Source: Deltaproteobacteria bacterium (GTDB lineage: Bacteria; UBA10199; JACPAL01). From it: 64,000 nt of DNA. The notes under the pieces are model-generated. The model did not search any database and had not been told where the DNA came from. It saw only the letters and a program-made list of their open reading frames with translations. Positions 19,901-28,035 of the stretch are shown here, one piece after another (the stretch's first letter is position 1; each line of letters starts with the position of its first letter). Where the stretch lies: NCBI GenBank assembly GCA_016180845.1, contig JACPAK010000001.1, positions 225,707-289,706 on the forward strand. The letters are read 5' to 3'. The position numbers were made by a program, and so were the translations under genes.

Positions 19901-20426
19901 TTATGTCTATGTCGACGCCAACCCTGCAGACCGACCCTACATTGGTTGGAAGCCGGACGACCCCTTTTATAAGGTGGCGCGTCTCATGCTCCGCGCGAAG
20001 TACAATCCGGCCTATCCCTATCACGTGATAATGATCAAACATGGGACATGGATCGCGACGGAAAAGACCGTCAAGGCCCACGAAACCCGTCCTGACGGCC
20101 GGGCGCTTTCGGAGACCGGCTACCAGGCAAATTTCCGGTACGGTTCCCAGCAAAGCATCACGCGCGAATGGGCGATGCCGATGCACCAAACCGACACCCT
20201 CTTTCACAAGGCAAGATTGGGGCAGAGGTTTCTCTTCGGCGGCGAGGCGGACAACCACATGATCAATACCGTCCCGAAGGAAACGCTGGTTCGCGTGGTC
20301 AAGGCGGAGGATGGCGGGCTCGGAGGCAAGGGAAAGTGGGAGGGTGCGACGACGGGCCACACGCCCGGAGATGAAAACAGAGAGATGCAGATCTATCTCG
20401 CAGGAAGGTTTATCAAAAATGGCTGA
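16977..20426 (+). CDS. nxrA: TAT-exported molybdopterin oxidoreductase alpha subunit, type II DMSO reductase family, nitrite oxidoreductase/nitrate reductase-like (NxrA/NarG family, periplasmic type)
   Basis: Twin-arginine signal (SRREFLKKAGLGAGA). FTFVCSPNDTHACRVRAF Fe-S/His motif of NarG-like enzymes. About 1150 aa, matching periplasmic NxrA. Confidence 0.75.
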   Translation: MSKIHPLSRREFLKKAGLGAGAYALLSSSTYAYLKPIVGVDNPLEFYPSRDWEKVYRDQYRYDSSFTFVCSPNDTHACRVRAFVRNGILVRTEQNYDVQRYSDLYGNKASPNWNPRMCPKGYTLAQRMYGPNRLKDPVVRKGWRAWVKDGCPYLTPELKKKYKFDSRGSDELQFIAWDEAYDLAARAMIAIATMYNGDEGAKRLAEEGYVPEMIQRMEGSGMRTLKYRGGMGLLGVIGKFGMYRFSNMMALVDSHLRGVEEKEAKGGRSWDNYTEHGDQAPGYPFVHGLQTSDCDFNDLRFTKLHIQCGKNLVENKMPESHWFIESIERGAKVVTITPEYSPPATKSDYWIPVRPASDAAIFLGIAKILIDRKWYDAEFVKKFTDLPLLVRTDNLKRLHAAEVFPGYQPGLSPEGASLKEQGLTKEQYGQLGDFVVRDTVSGDFKAVTRDDVGNHLKEKGIDPVLEWRGMVKMADGTTVETTTLWEAYKIHLKDYDLDTVAEVTQAPKGLIEQLAKDLATIKPAAIHMGEGINHWFHATEVNRATLLPLMLTGNIGQQGAGSFTWAGNYKSANFQAAPGVGAGLGVWVAEDPFHPTLDSKTPGKDVQVKNYALEEGASYWAHGDHPLIVETPKFGRKMFTGKTHMPSPTKGMWFTNVNHINNSKWAYQVIKNVLPTCNMIAVTDVELNGTIEYADIAFPASWWAEIENYEVTSSCSNPFLQIWKGSLKPPLNTKDDVQILAGVAKRLGEILGDRRFEDYWKFVHQKKTEVYIQRLLDASMTLHGYRFDDIITGKYGEPGAALMLYRTYPRIPFWEQVHEDKPFFTDTGRLNSYCDIPEAIEYGENFIVHREGPEATPYLPNAILSTNPLVRPEDYGIPPDDMEAEARHVRNIKMSWQQLKGTENPLWRQGFQFYCVTPKTRHTVHSQWSNVTWNRVWASNFADQLREDKRQPDAADHQVHINPQAAKDLGINDGDYVYVDANPADRPYIGWKPDDPFYKVARLMLRAKYNPAYPYHVIMIKHGTWIATEKTVKAHETRPDGRALSETGYQANFRYGSQQSITREWAMPMHQTDTLFHKARLGQRFLFGGEADNHMINTVPKETLVRVVKAEDGGLGGKGKWEGATTGHTPGDENREMQIYLAGRFIKNG

Positions 20427-20772
20427 AGAGGAAAACAAAGTGTCGGCGAGTGCAGGATCTGGCTTTGCCAGTCCGGAGCGAGAGGGGACCGGGGGGAAGG
20501 GGCCCTCTTCCGCTTGCGGAAGGGGCAGCGTTCCCCCCGATCCAGAAGACCCGTTTGAGATGGTCCAGCAGTTTATCGACGTGCCGGCGGATGACCGGTT
20601 CTACGATCAGATGGCCCGGACGTTCATCGAGGAATATTTAATGATGGGATGGAGTGACGAAGAAATCTTCAGTCTCTTTCAGGAACCTTTTTACAGAGGC
20701 ACGCATGATATTTTGCAAAAGAAGGGTGAGGCCTTCGTGAAGAGCCTGATCCATGAGGTGAGACATGGCTAA
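20419..20772 (+). CDS. Small hypothetical protein encoded between the alpha and beta subunits; low-complexity N-terminus
   Basis: The ATG overlaps the alpha stop codon. G/S/P-rich N-terminus, then a conserved-looking acidic helical segment. The ORF ends where the beta gene starts. Confidence 0.4.
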   Translation: MAEEENKVSASAGSGFASPEREGTGGKGPSSACGRGSVPPDPEDPFEMVQQFIDVPADDRFYDQMARTFIEEYLMMGWSDEEIFSLFQEPFYRGTHDILQKKGEAFVKSLIHEVRHG

Positions 20773-21964
20773 GGTGTACAACTGGCAGATCGGGCGCGAG
20801 ATGGATTATCCGTATGACGAGATCCATCCGAAACGGCAATTCGCCGCCGTTTTTAACACGAATCGTTGCATCGCCTGCCAGACCTGTTCGATGGCCTGCA
20901 AGTCGACCTGGACCTTCTCGAAGGGGCAGGAATATATGTGGTGGAATAACGTCGAGACAAAGCCTTACGGAGGGTATCCACGCAACTGGGATCTGAAAAT
21001 CCTCTCTCTCCTGGCCAAGGCGGATCCGACCGGAGAAAAAACGATCTTTGAGGCGGCTCCCAGCGGAGAGAGGGTCTTGGGTTATCTGCCGGACGATCAG
21101 GAATGGAAGGCACCGAATCTCTACGAAGATACCTCCACAAAATACGATTCCGGTTCTGCCTTGGGCCTTTCCGGAAAAGGGGTCAGTCTCCCCGAGCATA
21201 AGGCCTGGTTCTTCTACCTCCAGAGAATTTGTAACCACTGCACCTACCCTGCCTGCCTGGCCGCTTGTCCGCGCAAGGCGATCTATAAACGGCCGGAAGA
21301 TGGGATCGTCCTGATCGATCAAGAGCGTTGTCGAGGTTACCGAAAATGTATGGAGGCCTGCCCTTACAAGAAACCGATGTTCAATGCCGAGACGCGCGTC
21401 TCGGAAAAATGCATCGCCTGTTACCCAAGGATCGAGGGAAAAGACCCCCTCCTCAAGGGAAGGCGGATGGAGACCCGCTGCATGTCGGCCTGTGTCGGAC
21501 AGATTCGTTTGCAGGGACTGGTCGATATCAACAAGGACGGCAGCTGGACCGAAAACCAAAAAAGTCCGCTCTACTATCTCATCAAGAAAACGAAGATCGC
21601 CCTCCCGCTCTATCCGCAGTTCGGGACGGAACCGAATATTTACTACATCCCGCCACGTTGGGTTCCGAAATCCTACCTCCATCAGATGTTTGGACAGGGC
21701 GTCGATGAGGCGATCGACAGATACCTGGCACCCGATCGCGAATTGCTGGCGGTCCTTCAACTCTTCCGGCGGAGTCAGGAGATCATCTTCCGCTATGAGA
21801 TTGAAGAAGGGCCGAAGGTCTTTGAGACGACTGTTCATGGGAAGCCGTTTTCTCTCTACAACGACACGATCATCGCCTTCGCAGAGGATGGGAAAGAAAT
21901 CTTCCGAACGACGGTAGAGGAGCCGGTTCATATCCGACCCAAGGAGCGAACCAATGCTGTTTAA
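20765..21964 (+). CDS. nxrB: Fe-S beta subunit of the NXR/NAR-like enzyme (NxrB/NarH family, four Fe-S clusters)
   Basis: MAKVYNWQIGREMDYPYDE…CIACQTCSMACK…EYMWWNNVETKPYGGYP. Multiple ferredoxin-type Cys motifs. Confidence 0.8.
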   Translation: MAKVYNWQIGREMDYPYDEIHPKRQFAAVFNTNRCIACQTCSMACKSTWTFSKGQEYMWWNNVETKPYGGYPRNWDLKILSLLAKADPTGEKTIFEAAPSGERVLGYLPDDQEWKAPNLYEDTSTKYDSGSALGLSGKGVSLPEHKAWFFYLQRICNHCTYPACLAACPRKAIYKRPEDGIVLIDQERCRGYRKCMEACPYKKPMFNAETRVSEKCIACYPRIEGKDPLLKGRRMETRCMSACVGQIRLQGLVDINKDGSWTENQKSPLYYLIKKTKIALPLYPQFGTEPNIYYIPPRWVPKSYLHQMFGQGVDEAIDRYLAPDRELLAVLQLFRRSQEIIFRYEIEEGPKVFETTVHGKPFSLYNDTIIAFAEDGKEIFRTTVEEPVHIRPKERTNAV

Positions 21965-23135
21965 GTTGTTTCTCCCCCTTATTGCCTTCGTTTTTGGCTG
22001 TGCGGCTGGAGCCAAAACAGATCCGATGGCGGAGGAGCTTTTGTCCAAGCTCTCTCAAGAGGGGAACCTGATCACCGTCGCTCAAGCAAAAGGGGAAATC
22101 CCTACCGACCCCACAGATCCCGCATGGCAAACAACACCGGAATCAATAATTCCACTCGTCTCACAAACCTCTCTCTCCCCCAAAACCCCCGTCTTTCAAA
22201 GAACCGATATCTCCGTTCGTGTGCTTTATGCCGGCAAAGAGATCGGTTTCCTGATCTCCTGGAGTGACCCGACCCGGAGTGAGAGCGAGGCAGGTGTCAC
22301 AAAATTTCGCGATGCGGTCGCGATCGGGTTTGCGCCGAACCTCAAAAATGCCGATTCGCTTCCTTACATCGGAATGGGAAACAAGGGGCGTCCGATGGCT
22401 ATCTGGCACTGGAAGGCAAGCTGGCAAGAGGATGTCAACCACGGCTATCAAGGGGTCGGCGAAGCTCATGCAGGGATGGTACCGAATATTTCTCCTATCC
22501 CCCATCGAACCGCTGACGAGGCCGGCTCCCCGATGGCACAGATGAAACGAACAAGTCCCGTTGAAAACCTTCTCGCTGAGGGGTTCGGAACGCTCACGTC
22601 GATACCGGGCAAGAATTTAACCGGAAATGGGATCTGGAATCAGGGACGATGGCATGTCGTGGTCAAGGGGGTACGACGCGCCGGTGGGAAAGGGATAGAT
22701 CCGGTCACCTTCGCCATCTGGGATGGGGCGAAGGAGAATCGAAACGGAATGAAGGGTCTGACCCGGTGGCGATTTCTCCGTTTTGAAGGAGAACCGGTCC
22801 CGCCAGACCTGCTCAACTCATTGATCATCGGCCCCCTGCCAGGTGCCGATCCGAAGAGAGGCAAACAACTCGTCACAGAAATGGGCTGCGTCTCCTGCCA
22901 CAACTTTCCGAACAACCCGACAGCCAATGACGTCGGCCCGGATCTGGCACATGCCGGCTCGATCCATCGTCCGGAGTATCTCCTCGAGTCGATCAAAGAT
23001 CCGAACGCCGTTATTGTCCCGGCGCCCGGTTACTTCGACCCAGAGACCTGGACCTCGACGATGCCGTCCTTCGGCGATCAGATCCCAGAAAAGGATTACA
23101 ACGATGTCGTCGAATACTTGAGGAGTCTGCAATGA
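21954..23135 (+). CDS. Gamma subunit: EbdC/DMSO-reductase-type-II heme-b domain fused to a C-terminal class-I cytochrome c domain; lipoprotein
   Basis: Lipobox (LIAFVFGC). Ethylbenzene-dehydrogenase-gamma-like domain (IWHWKASWQED…). C-terminal CVSCHN with a downstream Met-containing segment. Confidence 0.65.
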   Translation: MLFKLFLPLIAFVFGCAAGAKTDPMAEELLSKLSQEGNLITVAQAKGEIPTDPTDPAWQTTPESIIPLVSQTSLSPKTPVFQRTDISVRVLYAGKEIGFLISWSDPTRSESEAGVTKFRDAVAIGFAPNLKNADSLPYIGMGNKGRPMAIWHWKASWQEDVNHGYQGVGEAHAGMVPNISPIPHRTADEAGSPMAQMKRTSPVENLLAEGFGTLTSIPGKNLTGNGIWNQGRWHVVVKGVRRAGGKGIDPVTFAIWDGAKENRNGMKGLTRWRFLRFEGEPVPPDLLNSLIIGPLPGADPKRGKQLVTEMGCVSCHNFPNNPTANDVGPDLAHAGSIHRPEYLLESIKDPNAVIVPAPGYFDPETWTSTMPSFGDQIPEKDYNDVVEYLRSLQ

Positions 23136-23782
23136 ACCATCCATCGGACCTCTATAAAATTCTTGCCATCTGCTTTCGTCGCCCGGATGAGCCTCTCTTC
23201 GAGATATTTCGAAAAACAGACTCCTTTCGGGACATCCTCAAGGGCACCTCATTAGAAGGACTGCTTTCGGAACATACGCGGCTTTTTTCCTTAAGCGTGG
23301 CGGGCGGGATTCCTCCCTATGAAACCGAATATGGGCATAAAGATATCTTCTTCAAGACACAGCGTATGGCAGACATCGCCGGCTTTTGTCATGCCTTTGG
23401 GGTTGAGACGACAGACACGCCCCCTGAACGAATAGACTTTATCGGGTCCGAGCTGGAATTGATGTATTGGATCACCCTTAAGGAACAAAGAGCCATGGAT
23501 GCGGGAAAGACCGAACAAGCCGAGATCTGCCGGGATGCCGCAGCCAAATTTCTTCAGGACCACCTGGGACGCTGGGGCTCTTATTTCGGAGATCAGATCG
23601 CAAAATCGGCACACCTTCCTTTTTACAAACAAGTTGGTCAATCGCTTTTTGAATTGATTGAATCCGAATGCGAGCGTCTGAACGTGCAACCGGAAAGGGT
23701 CACCGGATGGAATCCGGAGCCGCTTTCTGCCACGGAGTTTGAGTGTGGGAGTGAGACAGGGTGTAAAGGAGAACTTTCATGA
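23132..23782 (+). CDS. TorD/NarJ/DmsD-family cytoplasmic chaperone (delta subunit)
   Basis: ATGA coupling. E(Y)xxLF-type TorD signature (EHTRLFSL…). Redox-enzyme maturation protein context. Confidence 0.65.
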   Translation: MNHPSDLYKILAICFRRPDEPLFEIFRKTDSFRDILKGTSLEGLLSEHTRLFSLSVAGGIPPYETEYGHKDIFFKTQRMADIAGFCHAFGVETTDTPPERIDFIGSELELMYWITLKEQRAMDAGKTEQAEICRDAAAKFLQDHLGRWGSYFGDQIAKSAHLPFYKQVGQSLFELIESECERLNVQPERVTGWNPEPLSATEFECGSETGCKGELS

Positions 23783-24240
23783 CAAGTATCACCGACTATT
23801 ACGCAAAAGACCATGACCGACTGGACGGTCTCTTCAAGACCTTCCAGTCAACCAAGAGAACTGATTTCGGGAGGGCGAAGGTGGCATTCGTTGAATTTAA
23901 ATTTGGTCTCCAGAGACATATCATCTGGGAGGAGGATATCCTCTTCCCCTTCTTTGAACAAAAGACGGGGATGAGGGATGGTAGCCCGACCGCTGTCATG
24001 CGAATGGAGCATCGTGAGATCCGTGACGCGCTCGAAAGCATCCACGCGAAGGTCGCCAAAAAAGACCCGAACTCCGATGAGTCAGAGGAGAGACTCGTCA
24101 CCGTCCTGACACAACATAACGTGAAGGAGGAGGAGATCCTCTATCCGGCTATCGATCGCTTGCTAACAGATCAAGAGAAGGAAACTGTTTTCAAGAGGAT
24201 GGAAGACATACCCCCGGAACGCTATGAAACCTGTTGCTGA
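23779..24240 (+). CDS. Hemerythrin-like (HHE cation-binding) domain protein
   Basis: H…HxxxE spacing (HREIRDALE, HNVKEEEILYP, DHDRL). Confidence 0.6.
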   Translation: MTSITDYYAKDHDRLDGLFKTFQSTKRTDFGRAKVAFVEFKFGLQRHIIWEEDILFPFFEQKTGMRDGSPTAVMRMEHREIRDALESIHAKVAKKDPNSDESEERLVTVLTQHNVKEEEILYPAIDRLLTDQEKETVFKRMEDIPPERYETCC

Positions 24241-24324
24241 CGAAGATCATGTTGACAGCTGTCTGCAGTCATTTCTGTGGCTCCCCCTTCTTTGGATAAT
24301 CGTCATTAATTGGAGGAGGTTTTT

Positions 24325-24501
24325 ATGCGTCTTGGACCTTGGGAAATAGCAGCGATTGTTGTTGTGGCCCTCTTGATCTTCGGCCCCTCGAAACTCCCGA
24401 AGCTTGGTCAGAGTTTGGCGGAGTTTTTCAGGAATTTCAAAAAAGGGGTCAAGGAGGTCGAGAAGGAAGGAGAAGAGATCAAGAAGAGTCTGACGCCCTG
24501 A
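24325..24501 (+). CDS. tatA: Twin-arginine translocase subunit TatA/E
   Basis: MRLGPWEIAAIVVVALLIFGPSKLPKLGQSLAEFFRNFKK. GGAGGAGG Shine-Dalgarno at the correct spacing. The ORF-track TTG start lies upstream. Confidence 0.8.
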   Translation: MRLGPWEIAAIVVVALLIFGPSKLPKLGQSLAEFFRNFKKGVKEVEKEGEEIKKSLTP

Positions 24502-24628
24502 ACTCTAGAATCCGATCCCTCCGACCTAAACCCCTCGAAGGGCATGGTCGCAGGGACGGGGTAGCGCGGGAAACGGCGCTGCCTCCCGATTCCCGCTTGC
24601 TGCGGGATGAATTGGAAAGGAGCCCGGT

Positions 24629-25846
24629 GTGATTTCCGCTCATGAAGCGCAAAACATTATCCTCGAAAAAACAAGCCGGCTTGGAAACGAAGAGGTCCCC
24701 CTGTCCCTGTCGCTGCACCGATACCTCGCAGAGCCGATCACTGCCCCGATCGATCTTCCACCCTTTGACAACGCCGCTATGGATGGCTTTGCAATTCAAA
24801 GTGGCGATACGAAAACTGCCTCGGCCCAAAACCCGGTCACATTAAAAGTTGTTGGGACAATCGCTGCTGGAGATGCTCCCTCTCAAGCCGTTCTCAAATC
24901 AGGCGAATATTTCCGAATCATGACGGGGGCTCCCGTTCCGGATGGTGCCGATGCCGTCGTGCCCTTTGAAGAGGCTGTTCACACCCCCCTTGAGGTAAGA
25001 ATCATAAAACCAGTTCCCTCAGGTTCCAATATCCGCCTTGCCGGTGAGGATGTAAAAAAGGATCAAAGGATTCTCGATGTCGGAGAAAAGATCACCTCTC
25101 GTACGATTGCGCTCCTGGCGGCATTAGGTGTTTATCGAATCCCGGTTTTCAGGCATCCGAACATCAAGATCCTCGTAACCGGAAGCGAACTCACCGCCGT
25201 CGGACACCCTCTGCACGATGGAAAGATCTATAACAGCAATGGCCCTGCACTGACGGCCGCGTTACAAGAAATCGATATTATCCCTCAAATAGTCGTCTCC
25301 TCCGCGGATGTCGTCTCTGATCTCAAAACCTTCTTCACAGCCTCAGAAGAGGCGGATGCGCTGATAACAATCGGGGCGGTTTCCACCGGCGATTTTGATT
25401 TTATCCCTCAGGTCCTGAAGGGGATCGGTGCCGAAATAGCCTTTCACAAGGTCTCCATAAAACCAGGCAAGCCGCTCCTCTTCGCCACTTGGAAAGGGAA
25501 ACCGATCTTTGGGCTCCCAGGGAATCCGGTCTCCGCCCTAATGGTTTTTGAGCGCTTTGTCCGACCGGCACTCCTCAAGATGATGGGGGCAAATAATTTT
25601 TTACGAAGACGAGGGATCGCGGTCGCTACCGAAACTCTGTCTGGGAGCTTGGGCAAGGAAAACTATCTCCGAGGAATCGTTGAATCGTCTGGCAATGGAT
25701 CCCATGCCCGCTCCGCCGGGAAGCAAGGATCAGCCCATCTTCTTCCACTCGCTCGAGCTAATGCGATCTTGATCGTCCCTCCTGAAAAAGAGGAGATCCG
25801 CGCCGGAGAAACAGTCGAATTCGAAACATTTTTGGAGGAACTATGA
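24629..25846 (+). CDS. moeA: Molybdopterin molybdotransferase MoeA
   Basis: MoeA N-terminal domain (…PFDNAAMDGFA…) and MoCF-binding region (GGVSTGDFD-like). GTG start with a GGAAAGGAG Shine-Dalgarno. Confidence 0.8.
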   Translation: MISAHEAQNIILEKTSRLGNEEVPLSLSLHRYLAEPITAPIDLPPFDNAAMDGFAIQSGDTKTASAQNPVTLKVVGTIAAGDAPSQAVLKSGEYFRIMTGAPVPDGADAVVPFEEAVHTPLEVRIIKPVPSGSNIRLAGEDVKKDQRILDVGEKITSRTIALLAALGVYRIPVFRHPNIKILVTGSELTAVGHPLHDGKIYNSNGPALTAALQEIDIIPQIVVSSADVVSDLKTFFTASEEADALITIGAVSTGDFDFIPQVLKGIGAEIAFHKVSIKPGKPLLFATWKGKPIFGLPGNPVSALMVFERFVRPALLKMMGANNFLRRRGIAVATETLSGSLGKENYLRGIVESSGNGSHARSAGKQGSAHLLPLARANAILIVPPEKEEIRAGETVEFETFLEEL

Positions 25847-26088
25847 AGATAAAACTCCGTTTTTTCTCACTGCTTCATCATTACTTTGGCACCGGAGAAA
25901 TGGAAACCAATCTTGATTCTCCAAAAACCGTTCAAGAAGTTTTTTTTGATCTGTTTGAGGACAAGGAACTCGCGGAGAAACTAGCGCGATCGATCCGGTT
26001 TGCCGTGAACTGGGAATATGTCGAGCCGGAGATGGTCGTCCACGAAGGTGACGAAGTCGCATTTATACCACCTGTTAGCGGAGGATAG
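25843..26088 (+). CDS. moaD: Molybdopterin synthase sulfur-carrier subunit MoaD
   Basis: 81 aa ending in GG. ATGA overlap with moeA. Confidence 0.75.
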   Translation: MKIKLRFFSLLHHYFGTGEMETNLDSPKTVQEVFFDLFEDKELAEKLARSIRFAVNWEYVEPEMVVHEGDEVAFIPPVSGG

Positions 26089-26090
26089 AG

Positions 26091-26495
26091 ATGATTGAAA
26101 TAACCGAAAGGGCAATCAACGTTTCGAAAGTTCTTCAATCAATCCTTGCGAAAGAGGCAGGGGCCCTCGCTCATTTCATTGGAACGATTCGAAAAGAGGA
26201 AGAGATTTCTGGACTTTTCTACGAATGCTATCCGGGGATGGCCCAAAAGACCCTCGAAAAAATTTCGACAGAAGCAAAAAAGAAATGGCCTCTTTTCAAA
26301 ATCTCCATTGTCCATCGTTATGGCTGGGTCGGTCTCGGCGAGCCGTCTGTTGTGATTGCCGTCTCAAGCGCGCATCGAAAAGAGGCGTTCGAGGCCTGCC
26401 AGTTTATCATCGATCAGATCAAAGAGAGGGTGCCGATCTGGAAGCGTGGGTTGCCGGCCAGAGAAGAGAGGTTTGCCTATGCCGAAAATCAATGA
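26091..26495 (+). CDS. moaE: Molybdopterin synthase catalytic subunit MoaE
   Basis: 134-aa MoaE-like protein immediately after moaD. Confidence 0.75.
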   Translation: MIEITERAINVSKVLQSILAKEAGALAHFIGTIRKEEEISGLFYECYPGMAQKTLEKISTEAKKKWPLFKISIVHRYGWVGLGEPSVVIAVSSAHRKEAFEACQFIIDQIKERVPIWKRGLPAREERFAYAENQ

Positions 26496-27057
26496 TGTGA
26501 CCGGCGTTATTTTAGCGGGCGGGAGATCAAGCCGTTTCGGAACCAACAAGGCGCTCGCCCTTTTCCAGGGGATCCCCCTGATCGATCGGGTTCTGAATGT
26601 CATGAGTCCGCTCTTCCATGACCTGATGATCGTCACCAACACGCCGGAGATTTACGAACGCCTGCATCTCCCCCTTGTGAAAGATTTCGAACCCTACTTA
26701 GGACCGTTGGGAGGAATTTACACCGCCCTCCGAGAGACGAGAAACGATCGAATCTTTGTTGTCGGCTGCGACATGCCACTGCTGGATCCAAAAGTCATCT
26801 CGGGAATCATCCAGAAGTCAGAGGAAGCGGATGCGGTTGTACCGATTCACGACGGCATCCGTGAGTTCCTGATGGCAGTCTATTCCCGCAAACTCCTCCC
26901 GGAGATCTGCAAGAGCCTTGGCGAAGGAAGGCTTTCCGTAAAGGAGCTCTGTTTTCATATACCGTGTATCGAATGGATCCCGGTCAAGGGGGATTCCTGG
27001 ACCGCGATCAATACCGCTGAGGAACTCAAAAAATTGGAGGAGAGGTATGCTCGTTGA
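26478..27057 (+). CDS. mobA: Molybdenum cofactor guanylyltransferase MobA
   Basis: GVILAGGRSSRFG…NKAL motif. Internal ATG at 26478; the longer track ORF overlaps moaE out of frame. Confidence 0.75.
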
Positions 27058-28033
27058 TGGTTTTCAAAGACAGATCGACTACCTCCGCCTCTCTGTAACC
27101 GATCTATGTAATCTCCGCTGTCAGTACTGTATGCCGTTCGAGGGAGTTCCCAGGATGGGGAAGGAAAACATCCTGACCTTTGAAGAGATCACTCGGCTCG
27201 TTCAGATCCTCGTCCCTCTCGGGATCCGTCGTGTCCGGCTCACAGGGGGCGAACCCCTCGTTCGAAGGGACGTCCCAAGCCTGGTAAAAAGACTGAAGGA
27301 AATTCCAGGTCTTCAAGAGGTGCTGATGACCACAAACGCCATCCTTTTGAAACCGGTGGCGCAGGAACTGAAAAATGCCGGCCTCGAAAAGATCAACATC
27401 CACCTGGATACCCTCTCTCCGGAAAAATTCAGGAAGATTACACGTTGGGGAGAATTCCAGAATGTCCTCGATGGAATCGAAGAGGCCAAGAAGGCAGGCC
27501 TAAAACCGATCAAACTGAATGCCGTCATTCAAAAGGGGATCAATGACGATGAGGTTGAGGGACTCCTGCTCTTCGCTGCCGAGAAGGGACTGGTCCTTCG
27601 ATTGATTGAACTAATGCCGATCGGACCGGCACACGAGATGATGGGGAAGCGATTCATCCCGATAGAGAGCTTGAGATCCCGACTGGAAGAAAAATATTCG
27701 CTCCTGCCGGCCCGTCTGGAGATCGGGAGCGGACCGGCTGTCTATTATAAGGTCAGGGAGCTGGGAACCCTCATTGGATTTATCAGCCCGGTCTCTCAAC
27801 CGTTTTGCAAGAGCTGTAATCGAATTCGGATCGGAAGCGACGGGCGATTTCAGGATTGTCTGGCGTACGATGGAAGTTTTTCTCTGAGGGACCTTCTTCG
27901 GAATCCGAATTATTCCGATAAAATGGTCGCTGAAGAGATTGTTCATCTGCTGCAGGGGAAGCGAGAGAGTCACAAGAATTTCATACAGGATGAAACCATT
28001 CAAACCCCCTGTATGTATGGGATTGGAGGATAA
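27047..28033 (+). CDS. moaA: GTP 3-prime,8-cyclase MoaA (radical SAM)
   Basis: LRLSVTDLCNLRCQYC radical-SAM motif and the C-terminal MoaA CxxC…C region. Confidence 0.85.
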   Translation: MLVDGFQRQIDYLRLSVTDLCNLRCQYCMPFEGVPRMGKENILTFEEITRLVQILVPLGIRRVRLTGGEPLVRRDVPSLVKRLKEIPGLQEVLMTTNAILLKPVAQELKNAGLEKINIHLDTLSPEKFRKITRWGEFQNVLDGIEEAKKAGLKPIKLNAVIQKGINDDEVEGLLLFAAEKGLVLRLIELMPIGPAHEMMGKRFIPIESLRSRLEEKYSLLPARLEIGSGPAVYYKVRELGTLIGFISPVSQPFCKSCNRIRIGSDGRFQDCLAYDGSFSLRDLLRNPNYSDKMVAEEIVHLLQGKRESHKNFIQDETIQTPCMYGIGG

Positions 28034-28035
28034 AC

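Noticed and set aside
17121-22048. Long antisense ORFs (272, 592 and 459 aa) on the minus strand opposite the nxrA/nxrB-like genes.
   Set aside because: They lie entirely inside well-supported plus-strand genes with strong family signatures. They have no motifs. They are typical shadow ORFs produced by GC-rich codon bias.
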